Position numbers and translations under genes: made by a program. This document shows, in pieces, positions 36,004-45,051 of a DNA stretch of 52,935 bases. Position 1 is the first letter of the stretch. Each line of letters begins with the position of its first letter. Under the pieces are notes generated by a model. It saw only the letters and a program-made list of their open reading frames with translations, searched no databases and had not been told where the DNA came from. The stretch is taken from NCBI GenBank assembly GCA_024614105.1, contig GCA_024614105.1_4894.1; one strand, written 5' to 3'. The DNA comes from a phage.

Positions 36004-36472
36004 TGTTAAACTCCTCAACACTGAATTCATCGTACACAATATTATGAGCCCACAAATGAGCGACGGCATTTGCCATGCTTTCCTTCCATTTGGATTGTGA
36101 AGCTGTATGCGCCAATGCAACTACACGTACCAGGTTAAGGTTGGCTATCAGCATGTCTGCACAATGTTCGCACGGCGGGTAGGTTATGTAGATGGTAACC
36201 GGGCCTAATGAAGGAGTGTCTAACTCCCTCCTTATATTAGCTAAGGTGTTTATCTCGCTATGAATAGTTAGAGCGTTCTTGAGGCTATTAGGCACTATCC
36301 TTATAGAGTCTAACTGCGTAGGCAGACCGTTATATCCAGTGGAAATAATACGCTTGTTCTGGTCCACAAGAACGCTACCGACTTGACGTTTCGGGTCCTT
36401 CGACCAGCTTGCAACTTCACAAGCTATGCGCATAAACCGCCTGTCCCACTTGTCCATCTTCTTCTTTTGCAT
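35987..36472 (-). CDS. dCMP deaminase (cytidine/deoxycytidylate deaminase fold)
   Basis: 161 aa; zinc-binding HSE(INTL) and PCEHC motifs; RBS GGAG. Confidence 0.75.
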   Translation of the reverse strand: MQKKKMDKWDRRFMRIACEVASWSKDPKRQVGSVLVDQNKRIISTGYNGLPTQLDSIRIVPNSLKNALTIHSEINTLANIRRELDTPSLGPVTIYITYPPCEHCADMLIANLNLVRVVALAHTASQSKWKESMANAVAHLWAHNIVYDEFSVEEFNNAQSV

Positions 36473-36480
36473 GGTAGTCT

Positions 36481-36512
36481 CCGTATACGAAAATAGGGGC
36501 CGAAGCCCCTAT
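36481..36512 (-). terminator. intrinsic terminator downstream of SSB-like gene
   Basis: Minus strand ATAGGGGC-UUCG-GCCCCTAT then UUUCG. Confidence 0.5.
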
Positions 36513-36533
36513 TGAATATCTACTCGGCAGGGA

Positions 36534-37061
36534 TTATTCTTCCCAAGGAGCTGCTGCACCGTCGTCAGCACCAGGCGCCGTTGCAGTAGCCTTCGCACCA
36601 GCACCTACTTTCTTAGTCGTTGACGCAGTTGCTTGAGAATGACCGCCTACTGCAGTAGTTGCTTCAGTTGACGCTTTGTATTCGCGAATATCGTTTTGTG
36701 GGTCGTACTCACCAGTCTTGTCGATACGAACACCAACTTTACCAGCTACGATACGGTTTTCCAGTAAGTCGGTAGAAGTCAGTTCAACAATACCAAGCGC
36801 ACGACACAACGCAGACAGTTTGCGATGACCGATTTCAACAGCTTGTGCATTAGGGTTGGAGTAGGTAATCATGTCAAATACAACACGGTTAGCGAACTCA
36901 CCTTCCTGCACTTTCAGACGCAGGGACAGGTAAGAACCAGTGCCTGCTTTAGTCGGCTTCAGCTCGACCTCTTCAATCATGAAGTTGTACCAGCCTTTCG
37001 GGATCGGGTCAAAAGACTGTTGCGGTTCGACGGTAGAGCTGTTGAAGTTTAATTCAGCCAT
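36534..37061 (-). CDS. putative single-stranded DNA-binding protein
   Basis: 175 aa; PIPKGWY...E.EL N-terminus, Gly/Ala/Thr-rich linker and acidic C-terminal tail (DDGAAAPWEE); adjacent to recombinase-like ATPase. Confidence 0.45.
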   Translation of the reverse strand: MAELNFNSSTVEPQQSFDPIPKGWYNFMIEEVELKPTKAGTGSYLSLRLKVQEGEFANRVVFDMITYSNPNAQAVEIGHRKLSALCRALGIVELTSTDLLENRIVAGKVGVRIDKTGEYDPQNDIREYKASTEATTAVGGHSQATASTTKKVGAGAKATATAPGADDGAAAPWEE

Positions 37062-37133
37062 TGTTTGGTATCCTGTTTAAGTTTAATTTAATTTCGTTTA
37101 ACGCTTTACCGGCAGCGTTCGGCCGTGATGCTT

Positions 37134-37163
37134 ATTATACACCACTTTTTATCATGGCGTAAA
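37134..37163 (-). promoter_or_regulatory. sigma70-type promoter (TTTACG-N18-TATAAT)
   Basis: Minus strand -35 = rc of 37158-37163, -10 = rc of 37134-37139; upstream of SSB-like gene. Confidence 0.5.
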
Positions 37164-37168
37164 CACTT

Positions 37169-38053
37169 TTATTCGCTGGTTCCTTTCTCAGCTTGAGCGG
37201 CTTTCTTCGCCATCCAGGCTTGGTGCTTCTCTTTCGATTCGTCCGAACCAATTTTAGTGAGCTGCACGTTCGGGTCGTCGTTCTGCATCTGTTCTGCAGC
37301 TCGACCTGTCAGAAGCAGGTAGCTGTCTGACTCCGGATGATAGTACCACAGCTGGTAAGGATGATAGCCTTGCAGCTTGTCATAAATCCAGCCCAGGTCA
37401 GCAGGTTCACGTGCATCCAGTTCACGACCTGGTGCGTTACGGCACTTAGCTTCCCATTGGTAGTCGGGCTGGGTCTGAATGTAGCGCTCGCTGTTACCAT
37501 TGGCATCAGGTGCAGTCATACGTAAAGCAAGCACCGCATCCATAAGATACGGCAGTTGTTTAGGTAACTGCTGGCCAGGCATAAGTGGTGAGTACAACAT
37601 TGCACCACTAACCTCGTCCTTGTTCTTCTCAAGCTTGCACAGGTATGCAACGCTGAAAGGCAGGTCACGGAACTGACGCATGATATACATCATCTTGTCG
37701 TTGGTATTACCATAAGCCTGTCGTTTGTCGTTGACTTGCGACTTCTCATAGTCCAGACAAACTTCAGCCACATCTGACAGCGAGTCGAAAATCAGATGCT
37801 CATACTTCTGCGCATCCTTACTTTCTGTAAGCCATTTGTACAGCGCCAAAATGTCGTTGAACGTATTGATTGGCGTAGAGTCGATGTCAGCATCTGCAAT
37901 CGACATCAAACCGCCTTCAGCGTTAATGACAAGAACCTTATCGTGAGGCAAGGTCTTAGCCAGGCTTGTTTTACCAACACCTGATGCGCCGTAAATAGCG
38001 ACCTTAGGTCGCTTATTTTCTACGGCTTGTTTAGTAGATACAATCTGAACCAT
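37169..38053 (-). CDS. RecA-fold AAA ATPase, Sak4-like recombination protein
   Basis: 294 aa; Walker A VAIYGASGVGKTSLA; Walker B-like HLIFDSL; paired with SSB-like gene. Confidence 0.65.
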   Translation of the reverse strand: MVQIVSTKQAVENKRPKVAIYGASGVGKTSLAKTLPHDKVLVINAEGGLMSIADADIDSTPINTFNDILALYKWLTESKDAQKYEHLIFDSLSDVAEVCLDYEKSQVNDKRQAYGNTNDKMMYIMRQFRDLPFSVAYLCKLEKNKDEVSGAMLYSPLMPGQQLPKQLPYLMDAVLALRMTAPDANGNSERYIQTQPDYQWEAKCRNAPGRELDAREPADLGWIYDKLQGYHPYQLWYYHPESDSYLLLTGRAAEQMQNDDPNVQLTKIGSDESKEKHQAWMAKKAAQAEKGTSE

Positions 38054-38283
38054 TAATGATAGTCCTCGTAAAGTGATTCTTCATCGCAGTACATACGATA
38101 AAGAGCTTCTTCGGCTTCTTCCAGGGTGTCAAACTCCTCGCCACAGACGGAGTATTTTGTGGGTTCATCAAATGACTCGACGATGTGCCAGTCATGATGA
38201 ATGCCGTATGTCCACAAGTCGCAGTCATCTTTTGCAACAAGCTTACGTGTGGAACGAAATTGTGCTAGAGTATTGATGCTCAT
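38053..38283 (-). CDS. hypothetical small acidic Cys-containing protein
   Basis: Start moved to ATG 38283 (MSINTLAQ) with RBS GAGGAGAG; the longer ORF would cover promoter 38311-38340. Confidence 0.4.
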   Translation of the reverse strand: MSINTLAQFRSTRKLVAKDDCDLWTYGIHHDWHIVESFDEPTKYSVCGEEFDTLEEAEEALYRMYCDEESLYEDYH

Positions 38284-38310
38284 ATTATCTCTCCTCATGT
38301 GTATAGAGGT

Positions 38311-38340
38311 ATTATACACCACTTACATGTGGTAAGTACA
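38311..38340 (-). promoter_or_regulatory. promoter with CACCAC/GTGGTG dyad and TATAAT -10
   Basis: Minus strand -10 = rc of 38311-38316; -35 weak; dyad 38318-38333. Confidence 0.4.
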
Positions 38341-38343
38341 CTA

Positions 38344-38790
38344 CTATTTTACACTAACAGCTTGACACGATAGCCGTGACAAACCGAGGTTGGCTATGAC
38401 ACCATCAAGCAATACTCCTGCATGCTCTTCATTGTATGCTTCTACCCACAAAGGGATGGTGACGCCCTTCAGATGGTCGCTGTACACGTTGAACCTGTAT
38501 ACTTGTTTGTGTGCTTTGTCAACACGTACAACAGTAAGGTTACCATCCTCGTAAGGAGGAAGCTCAACGCCTTTCTTGCTCCAGAAGTTACGGAACTCAG
38601 CACTATTAACAATGCCGTGTACAACACGCTCAGTAAGTTCTGTTTTGAGGTCAGCACGCGCCTTTGTACTGATAAAGAAACGACAAGAGAAGAAAGCATT
38701 GACGTTTATCACATCAACCGCATACACAACATTATGCTCTTCAGTAGTTGGTGCTTTATAAACAATGTATTTAGTTTTGAACAGGTCCAT
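38344..38790 (-). CDS. hypothetical protein
   Basis: Start at ATG 38790 (MDLFKTKY) with RBS GGAGAG. Confidence 0.45.
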   Translation of the reverse strand: MDLFKTKYIVYKAPTTEEHNVVYAVDVINVNAFFSCRFFISTKARADLKTELTERVVHGIVNSAEFRNFWSKKGVELPPYEDGNLTVVRVDKAHKQVYRFNVYSDHLKGVTIPLWVEAYNEEHAGVLLDGVIANLGLSRLSCQAVSVK

Positions 38791-38838
38791 AGTACTCTCC
38801 AGGGAGGAAGACTGGCGGGCTTGCACCCGCCTAAGTTA

Positions 38839-39744
38839 TTACAGCAGTTCTGCTTTCAATGCAGCGATACCATCGAGCAGTGCTTTGATGTCCGGGTTAG
38901 ATGCCGCCAGATCAGCAACAACTGACTGACGACGACGTTCCAGTTCTTTCTCAACTTCCAGGTCGAGGCGTGCTGACGCTTCACGCAGTAAGTCTTCAAC
39001 CTGCTGACGACGCTGATACTTGCTAAAGTCAGGCACGTCAACCAGCCATTTGAGAGTTGCAGTGTTGTAGCCAGAAGTATTTGCTGCACTTACAGACACA
39101 ACATCAACGAGCTTGGTACCATTCAGCTCAGGATAGTTAACATTGCGAACGTCAACAACCGCTTTGTCACCTACACTTACTTTGCCGATGTACTTGTAAG
39201 TGTACACACGACCATTCGGTTCAAACTTAACACCAACAAACTTCAGTTTGTCGTCTGCAATAACCTCTTCCTCAACTTTGAAGTTGATTGCAGTGTTCTT
39301 GACAGGTGCAGCCGCTTTGAGCTTAGCAACCATGTACTGTTCGGAATGAGACGGACGGCACAGACGGAAAACGTCTTCATTGTATGTCAGCCAGTTACCG
39401 GTTTCATCCACGCATGCAATCTGATTAGTGCCATCCAGCGAACGAACGCCCGGGCGATTCTTCTCAACACGATACAGCTTACCTTCTTTCAGGTTAGCGT
39501 AAGAACGGCGGGCGATACCCCAGTTGTGTTTTTCAGATTCGTACTTAGCGAAACGGTCAACGCTGAAGTTCTGCTTCAGACCACGGTCGTCAATTACCCA
39601 TAAGTTATCATAAGCCCCGCCGAAAGAGCCGAGGTTGGCATACACTTTGCCCTGCGTCAACAGGGAAGTGTTTCCCTCGTCAACACAGATAACAAAACCC
39701 AGAGCTTCGTGTGCTTTACCGCTGCGGTCAAATACTGTAGTCAT
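38839..39744 (-). CDS. hypothetical protein
   Basis: 301 aa; RBS AAGGA; C-terminal coiled-coil-like segment. Confidence 0.5.
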   Translation of the reverse strand: MTTVFDRSGKAHEALGFVICVDEGNTSLLTQGKVYANLGSFGGAYDNLWVIDDRGLKQNFSVDRFAKYESEKHNWGIARRSYANLKEGKLYRVEKNRPGVRSLDGTNQIACVDETGNWLTYNEDVFRLCRPSHSEQYMVAKLKAAAPVKNTAINFKVEEEVIADDKLKFVGVKFEPNGRVYTYKYIGKVSVGDKAVVDVRNVNYPELNGTKLVDVVSVSAANTSGYNTATLKWLVDVPDFSKYQRRQQVEDLLREASARLDLEVEKELERRRQSVVADLAASNPDIKALLDGIAALKAELL

Positions 39745-39826
39745 TTCTTGTTTCCTTGTATACCAGTTTAATTGTATGCCAGAGTTATTCCCTGCGCATG
39801 TGCTTTATTGCTTAACCGTTAAAGAC

Positions 39827-39856
39827 ATTATATCATTAGTGAGTGGTGACGTACAC
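39827..39856 (-). promoter_or_regulatory. promoter-like element with half-dyad and TATAAT -10
   Basis: Minus strand -10 = rc of 39827-39832; GTCACCACTCAC upstream; weak -35. Confidence 0.35.
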
Positions 39857-39858
39857 AT

Positions 39859-40149
39859 TTATTTTAAGGCAGAAGTGCAAATAGCATCACACAAACAATA
39901 ATGAGCACGGTCGTAGTCTTCAAACAAGAACACTTCGCCATTGGCGACAACTTCATTACTGTTGACCTGCAGGCTGATACCTGAATGCAGGAGCACATCC
40001 ATAGCCTGGTCCTTGTTCTTGTACGGGTCCCAAATAAGCTGGAAGCCTGACCCACAAAGGAGACATCCCTTGAGCTCCGGGAGAGTTGACTCCTTCACAG
40101 TCACATTACAAATCTTAGCCAGTTTAGCACGAGAATCGAGAGTACTCAT
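39859..40149 (-). CDS. hypothetical protein
   Basis: 96 aa; ATGA coupling with upstream gene. Confidence 0.4.
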   Translation of the reverse strand: MSTLDSRAKLAKICNVTVKESTLPELKGCLLCGSGFQLIWDPYKNKDQAMDVLLHSGISLQVNSNEVVANGEVFLFEDYDRAHYCLCDAICTSALK

Positions 40150-40436
40150 TTACGTTTACCTTTACGTTTGTGTAGCGGAGTATATGTTTTCTTTGGCACG
40201 CCGAACATAGCCGCATATGTGCCGACTTCTTTCTTTGTTGGCTTATCCACAATTTCGTCAATCACGATTAAGTCATGGTCGATATTACGAAAGGCTTCAG
40301 CCGCTCTTTTCTCAATAGGCGTAAAGTCAATAACCAGCTCTTTGCCTATCAGGCTTTCTTTGAACTTGTCAAACAGCCATTTGTCACGCGGACCAGGATT
40401 GCCAATAAACATAACACGCACCTGCTTATTGTCCAT
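40146..40436 (-). CDS. hypothetical protein
   Basis: 96 aa; basic C-terminus (KRKGKRK). Confidence 0.4.
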   Translation of the reverse strand: MDNKQVRVMFIGNPGPRDKWLFDKFKESLIGKELVIDFTPIEKRAAEAFRNIDHDLIVIDEIVDKPTKKEVGTYAAMFGVPKKTYTPLHKRKGKRK

Positions 40437-40504
40437 GGATGATATACTCAGTTATTTGCGTTGCCAGGTACAAGCCGTATACCACACACCCAACTAGTAT
40501 GGCA

Positions 40505-40843
40505 TCAAGAATCAGATGCGCTATCTTCACGTTTGACCTCCGGAAGGAATGAGTTATCAACCTTGATCAGTACGTTACGGCTGTTAACCACTTCCAGGCT
40601 GTGGCCATCATTTTTGTGGGTTACACGAATAAATGCAACACCCTCAGCCTGCGCCTGCTCAATAGCTTTATTCAGCACAACATTATCCTGTACCATATGA
40701 CGTACGCGAGGAAGGATATTGCAAAGAGGTTCCATCTCATCCATTCCTGCAGTACGCATGACCGACTTGAGAATGCCGAGATGATGCTTGTAACGGTCTT
40801 CAAGATTATACTTCTTGCCGTTATGCTTTAGTTCTGACGCCAT
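40505..40843 (-). CDS. hypothetical protein
   Basis: Start at ATG 40843 (MASELKH) with RBS GGAGA; ORF track start 40855 is a TTG. Confidence 0.4.
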   Translation of the reverse strand: MASELKHNGKKYNLEDRYKHHLGILKSVMRTAGMDEMEPLCNILPRVRHMVQDNVVLNKAIEQAQAEGVAFIRVTHKNDGHSLEVVNSRNVLIKVDNSFLPEVKREDSASDS

Positions 40844-40850
40844 GTAAGTC

Positions 40851-40881
40851 TCCAAAAGTTAAGGGGCTTGTGCTAAGCCCC
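40851..40881 (-). terminator. hairpin terminator between minus-strand genes
   Basis: GGGGCTT / AAGCCCC stem, U-rich stretch downstream on minus strand. Confidence 0.4.
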
Positions 40882-40887
40882 GTTTAA

Positions 40888-41337
40888 TTACTCGGCTTCT
40901 TCCGTAGCTGCCGGGGTGAATGTTACAGTCGGAATACCAGGTGAGGTCTTCACAACAGGGTCGACGATAGCCAGTTGTTCTGGTGTCAGGTTACGGTATG
41001 CAGTAACTGACATTTCATACTTGGTTTTAAACAGCTTGGCAACAACAGTCTTCGGTAACTTCTTCATTACGTCAGGCACAAGCTTCTGGTCAAGTGAGCG
41101 GTTAACTTTCTGCTCAACCTTGAGTTTACCAGGTACACCATGCATGCTGAACTCAACCGTCTGGGTAACTTCTTTACCACGATTGATAATCATGTCACGT
41201 TCAAGACGTGCTTTAATGGTCCGGCGTAGTGTTTCCTGGTCAGCTTTCGCCTGTGCCATCCAGCGGTTCAGATTCGCCAGCTTGTCGTACAGCTGTTCCG
41301 TGTCCATCGATTCCAGTTCTTGTGGGTTCAATGCCAT
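40888..41337 (-). CDS. hypothetical protein
   Basis: Start at ATG 41337 (MALNPQELESM) with RBS GAGGA; lies downstream of promoter 41442-41471. Confidence 0.45.
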   Translation of the reverse strand: MALNPQELESMDTEQLYDKLANLNRWMAQAKADQETLRRTIKARLERDMIINRGKEVTQTVEFSMHGVPGKLKVEQKVNRSLDQKLVPDVMKKLPKTVVAKLFKTKYEMSVTAYRNLTPEQLAIVDPVVKTSPGIPTVTFTPAATEEAE

Positions 41338-41608
41338 CAGTTGTTTCCTCAGGTTGCATGTGCATAGTTGCACCAATTAGTAGACAATAGTTATTGAACA
41401 TTGTACGTAGCGCCTGGCCCGCAACAATATCCGTTATGTCTATTATACCACTTTTAGTGGTGACGCGTAAAGCTTTTTCTTTCTTTGTTTTCTCCACAAA
41501 TGCAATGCTGATGATTTCTTCCGCATGAATTACGTGGATGGTACCTGCAAACTCACCAGTCTTAGCTGGTGCCTGGTACACTAACGACATAGACGGTTGG
41601 TTACTCAC
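41240..41608 (-). CDS. questionable ORF (conflicts with internal promoter and next gene)
   Basis: GTG start with RBS AGGAG, protein-like N-terminal 55 aa, but the frame runs through promoter 41442-41471 and overlaps the next gene by about 97 nt. Confidence 0.25.
   Translation of the reverse strand: MSNQPSMSLVYQAPAKTGEFAGTIHVIHAEEIISIAFVEKTKKEKALRVTTKSGIIDITDIVAGQALRTMFNNYCLLIGATMHMQPEETTDGIEPTRTGIDGHGTAVRQAGESEPLDGTGES
41442..41471 (-). promoter_or_regulatory. sigma70-type promoter (TTTACG-N18-TATAAT) with CACCAC/GTGGTA dyad
   Basis: Minus strand -35 = rc of 41466-41471, -10 = rc of 41442-41447. Confidence 0.5.
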
Positions 41609-41618
41609 TTAATTACTC

Positions 41619-42056
41619 CTATTTATATAAGTCCATCCAGTTGCGATACTCGTCATAAAACCGGTCAAACTCGTTTTTGGTGAGCGCAATAGCAACACCG
41701 TTTACCAGATGCATGGTTCGTGTTTTGATGTTGACATACATGACATTGCTGTACGGGAACAGACTACCGTCATTGTCAGTAAAGTAAGTCGGTGTAATAT
41801 GAAGCACATCGCGCAATGCAACCAGCGCTTCAACAGCTTCTGCATGACCATCACGGCGGAACGTCATGCAAGGCGGTGCACCGTCTTCGTCCTGAGTACC
41901 GCGCAAAGTAAGGTACACAGTTTCAGCAACATCATTGTGTACGACTACGCTGATGTCAACGATGTCACTGGTACGGAAAGTAACAAAGTGCTGTACAATT
42001 ACCTGTTCGTCGGTATTAGGACTGACTCCCTGAAAGGTCTTGAGTGTATGAAACAT
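41619..42056 (-). CDS. hypothetical protein
   Basis: Start at ATG 42056 (MFHTLK) with RBS AGGAGG; first gene downstream of - strand promoter 42088-42116. Confidence 0.45.
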   Translation of the reverse strand: MFHTLKTFQGVSPNTDEQVIVQHFVTFRTSDIVDISVVVHNDVAETVYLTLRGTQDEDGAPPCMTFRRDGHAEAVEALVALRDVLHITPTYFTDNDGSLFPYSNVMYVNIKTRTMHLVNGVAIALTKNEFDRFYDEYRNWMDLYK

Positions 42057-42087
42057 TGGTTGTACCTCCTTAACAGAATGTAAGTCT

Positions 42088-42116
42088 ATTATGTATATAA
42101 AGGAGGGGAAAGTAAA
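42088..42116 (-). promoter_or_regulatory. sigma70-type promoter (TTTACT-N17-CATAAT), divergent from the + promoter at 42150
   Basis: Minus strand -35 = rc of 42111-42116, -10 = rc of 42088-42093. Confidence 0.45.
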
Positions 42117-42149
42117 TAGATATAAATGTATAAAATACATAAAAGTCTA

Positions 42150-42179
42150 TTTACTCTGGTTTAATAACGTGTATATAAT
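42150..42179 (+). promoter_or_regulatory. sigma70-type promoter (TTTACT-N18-TATAAT)
   Basis: -35 42150-42155, -10 42174-42179; drives 42210 gene and primase-helicase. Confidence 0.55.
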
Positions 42180-42209
42180 GAGAGCCCCACAAACAAGAGG
42201 AGAGACTCA

Positions 42210-42542
42210 ATGATAAAGCCAAAACTGTTGCGGCATATTCGCAACGGTATTAAGCTACTCGCCGAAGGCAATGAATATGCCTGCAAGCAACGCGGTATTA
42301 CAAAAGTCGGCTTGTTTAATAAAGAGTTACCGACTCGCTACTTTACCAAATCACCATTAACACTCGTACCTGCAGCGGAGTATTATAAAGACCCCGAAGC
42401 AGCTCGGGCTAAAATCAAGGAAGGTCTTGACCGACTTGTAGAGGAAGGCTATTTGACAGTACGTCAACACACTGAATCATCTTATTACTACAAGCCAACT
42501 TCTAAGGTAACCAGCAATGACAATGACGAGTCAGCCGAGTGA
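42210..42542 (+). CDS. hypothetical protein (possible DNA-binding regulator)
   Basis: 110 aa; RBS GAGGAGAG; first gene after + promoter 42150-42179. Confidence 0.45.
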   Translation: MIKPKLLRHIRNGIKLLAEGNEYACKQRGITKVGLFNKELPTRYFTKSPLTLVPAAEYYKDPEAARAKIKEGLDRLVEEGYLTVRQHTESSYYYKPTSKVTSNDNDESAE

Positions 42543-45051
42543 TATTCTTGGTCTGAAATACTTTAAGCCAGAAGGGATCCCCCAAGTCTTCAAAGATATG
42601 AAGCGCTGGGCCATCTTTGAGCTGACGTACGAAGACGAGACCCTCGAAGTTCAATCCAAACCTAAGAAACCTGCAAGAGCGCCATCAGGCCGTTCCTTCA
42701 GCACAACAGTGCCTGAAGAGTGGATGACTTTCGACGACGCCCTGACACGTTGTATCCGCAATCGTGAAATGAAGATTAAAGCTGTACAAGGTAACATCAC
42801 CTTTGTGCCGGCTTTGATTGTTCCTCGCCAGTGGTACTTTGTTGACCTGGACAACCATGAAGATAATCCAGACATTGAAGCAACCCACAAAGCGATAATT
42901 GAGGGTACCCGTGGTGCTTATGCTGAGACGTCAATCTCTGGCAAGGGGCAACACATTGCAATCCCTTTACCCTGGACTGCAGCAACATCTAAAGAGAAAG
43001 ACGAACAGCTGGACATCAAAATCCAGAAGGCTGAGATGTTCCTGGTAATGACAGGCAATGTATTGAGTGAGTTCAATGCTAATCCTGTTTCAGCCCGTGA
43101 ATGGCATGCGGCTATTGAGAAGTTCTTTCTTGAAGCAAGCGCACCTGACATTGATGTTGAGTTTGAGCAAGACGAAGACCGTGGCGAAGAGTATGATAAA
43201 GAGCTGTACGAACAGTTAGCAGACAATACTCGCTGGGCTTTAGAGCACTACCTGAATGAGCATGCACCAGACGGTGTTGGTGTGAGTAATGACGGTTCCG
43301 AACGGTTAAGCCGCATACTCAAAGACCTGCTTCGTGTAACCCGTAACTACGAAGTTACACAACGCATCTTCATGGCCAGCAAAGCTGCAGCATACGAAGG
43401 TCGCAGACCAAGCCGACACAACTTGTCTGTTGATAAGTATCACCAGTGGTTCAGTCGTGTCGGTAAGACTGTGCTGAAAGAAATGCAACGTGACGGCTTA
43501 TTCGTCAAGACCAAGTTTGCTCTTGACATCAACAAAGAGTTAGCCAAGAATTCAGGTGTCTCCCTGGCTGAGAACGTTGAATTCAAAGTCAACGACGATA
43601 TTCTGCCTTCTGATGTATTTGTCAAGACGGCCCCGTCCGGGTTTAAACGGCTTATTGCTGAGATACAGGATAACATATCTCCGGCTAACAGGGTTAACGA
43701 CTATGCAATCGGCACAGCTCTTAACATCCTGAGCAACTGCGCTGGTCGCAAGTATGTTTGTCCAGTAGGCGGTCATGCTAACTTCCTGGTAACCAACATC
43801 ATTCTTGTGGGTGGTTCATCAATCGGTAAATCGCTGTATACCGAGTTGTTCCCACAAATCCAGGCAAGTTTACCTGACACATCGCCTATCAGTCTTAACC
43901 GTATCCCAAGGGAGCAGACTTTTGCAACCAGGACGTTTGCTGAACTGATGTCCAACCCGTCATACCATTCAGTCCAGTTGTTCTATCCTGAATTTGGTCT
44001 GGCTTTAGGTTCTGGCTTACGCATGAATCCTAACAACCCGGACAACTTTCAGAAAGCTCTGATGGACGCTTCAACCAAGCGTAAGTTAGGCGGTATACTG
44101 ACAGGTATCAAACGTGCTAATGCTGATAATGATGTCAAGACAGTAAGCGAACCATGCTACTCTATCCTGGGTGACTCCACTCAAGAGCTTATCCTTGATA
44201 ACACCCGGAAGCAAGACTTCTCAAGTGGCTTTTTGCCCCGCTTCCTGTTCATCCCGAACTATGAACGAGCGGAGTTTGCCAAACCTGAGAAGGTAGGACG
44301 TCGCCAGCAGATTCGCCGTACATCCTTTTCAAAGGAGCTGATTGAGAAGCTGGAAGCAATCGCTTATGTGAATGCTATCCCGCCTAACGGTAAACTAAGG
44401 CACGACCCGATTCCTGTTTACGACGAGTCAGACGATGATGACTTCCTGTACGAGTACCAGTGCAATATTAATGACATGCGCCAGTATTACAGGGATAACG
44501 AAGTAGCATCTGCCTTTGTGGGCCGAATGGGTGAGTATGTATTCAATATAGCAGCACTTATTGGATTACTCGACAACTGGGATACTCCTGTAATGACCAG
44601 GGACAACATCGAATGGGCTTACAAATATGTTCTTCGTTGTATAACAGCCTGGGTCAATAACACAAGCAGGATAGTCGCACCACCAACTACCAACGCCGAA
44701 GTAGTGGACGGCTTCCTAAAAGTCTACAGGGACATTTTGGCCCTTTACACCAAAAGAGGATGGTCTGGCATAGTCAAGCATTATCCCGAAGGTGTTGTAA
44801 GAAGCTTACGGGAAGACCATCTGAAAATGAACGGGCTGAGCATATATGCTATCCGGCAATCATTAAGTTGGTTCAAGTCCAATTATGGCTTTAACATAAC
44901 CGCAAATAACAAGGTTATTGACGGTATGTTGCAGGACATGATTGACCAGGACTATTTAGCAGTCCAAATATACAAACCCACAAGAGGGAAATCGGCAAAT
45001 ATCTACTGTTTAACCGAACGGGGATACGACGAAGCCAAGAAACTTAAGTAA
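42517..45051 (+). CDS. primase-helicase: archaeo-eukaryotic-type primase-polymerase domain fused to P-loop helicase domain
   Basis: 844 aa; AEP-like motifs YFVDLDNHED and ETSISGKGQHIAIP in N-terminal third; P-loop GGSSIGKS in central region. Confidence 0.65.
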   Translation: MTMTSQPSDILGLKYFKPEGIPQVFKDMKRWAIFELTYEDETLEVQSKPKKPARAPSGRSFSTTVPEEWMTFDDALTRCIRNREMKIKAVQGNITFVPALIVPRQWYFVDLDNHEDNPDIEATHKAIIEGTRGAYAETSISGKGQHIAIPLPWTAATSKEKDEQLDIKIQKAEMFLVMTGNVLSEFNANPVSAREWHAAIEKFFLEASAPDIDVEFEQDEDRGEEYDKELYEQLADNTRWALEHYLNEHAPDGVGVSNDGSERLSRILKDLLRVTRNYEVTQRIFMASKAAAYEGRRPSRHNLSVDKYHQWFSRVGKTVLKEMQRDGLFVKTKFALDINKELAKNSGVSLAENVEFKVNDDILPSDVFVKTAPSGFKRLIAEIQDNISPANRVNDYAIGTALNILSNCAGRKYVCPVGGHANFLVTNIILVGGSSIGKSLYTELFPQIQASLPDTSPISLNRIPREQTFATRTFAELMSNPSYHSVQLFYPEFGLALGSGLRMNPNNPDNFQKALMDASTKRKLGGILTGIKRANADNDVKTVSEPCYSILGDSTQELILDNTRKQDFSSGFLPRFLFIPNYERAEFAKPEKVGRRQQIRRTSFSKELIEKLEAIAYVNAIPPNGKLRHDPIPVYDESDDDDFLYEYQCNINDMRQYYRDNEVASAFVGRMGEYVFNIAALIGLLDNWDTPVMTRDNIEWAYKYVLRCITAWVNNTSRIVAPPTTNAEVVDGFLKVYRDILALYTKRGWSGIVKHYPEGVVRSLREDHLKMNGLSIYAIRQSLSWFKSNYGFNITANNKVIDGMLQDMIDQDYLAVQIYKPTRGKSANIYCLTERGYDEAKKLK

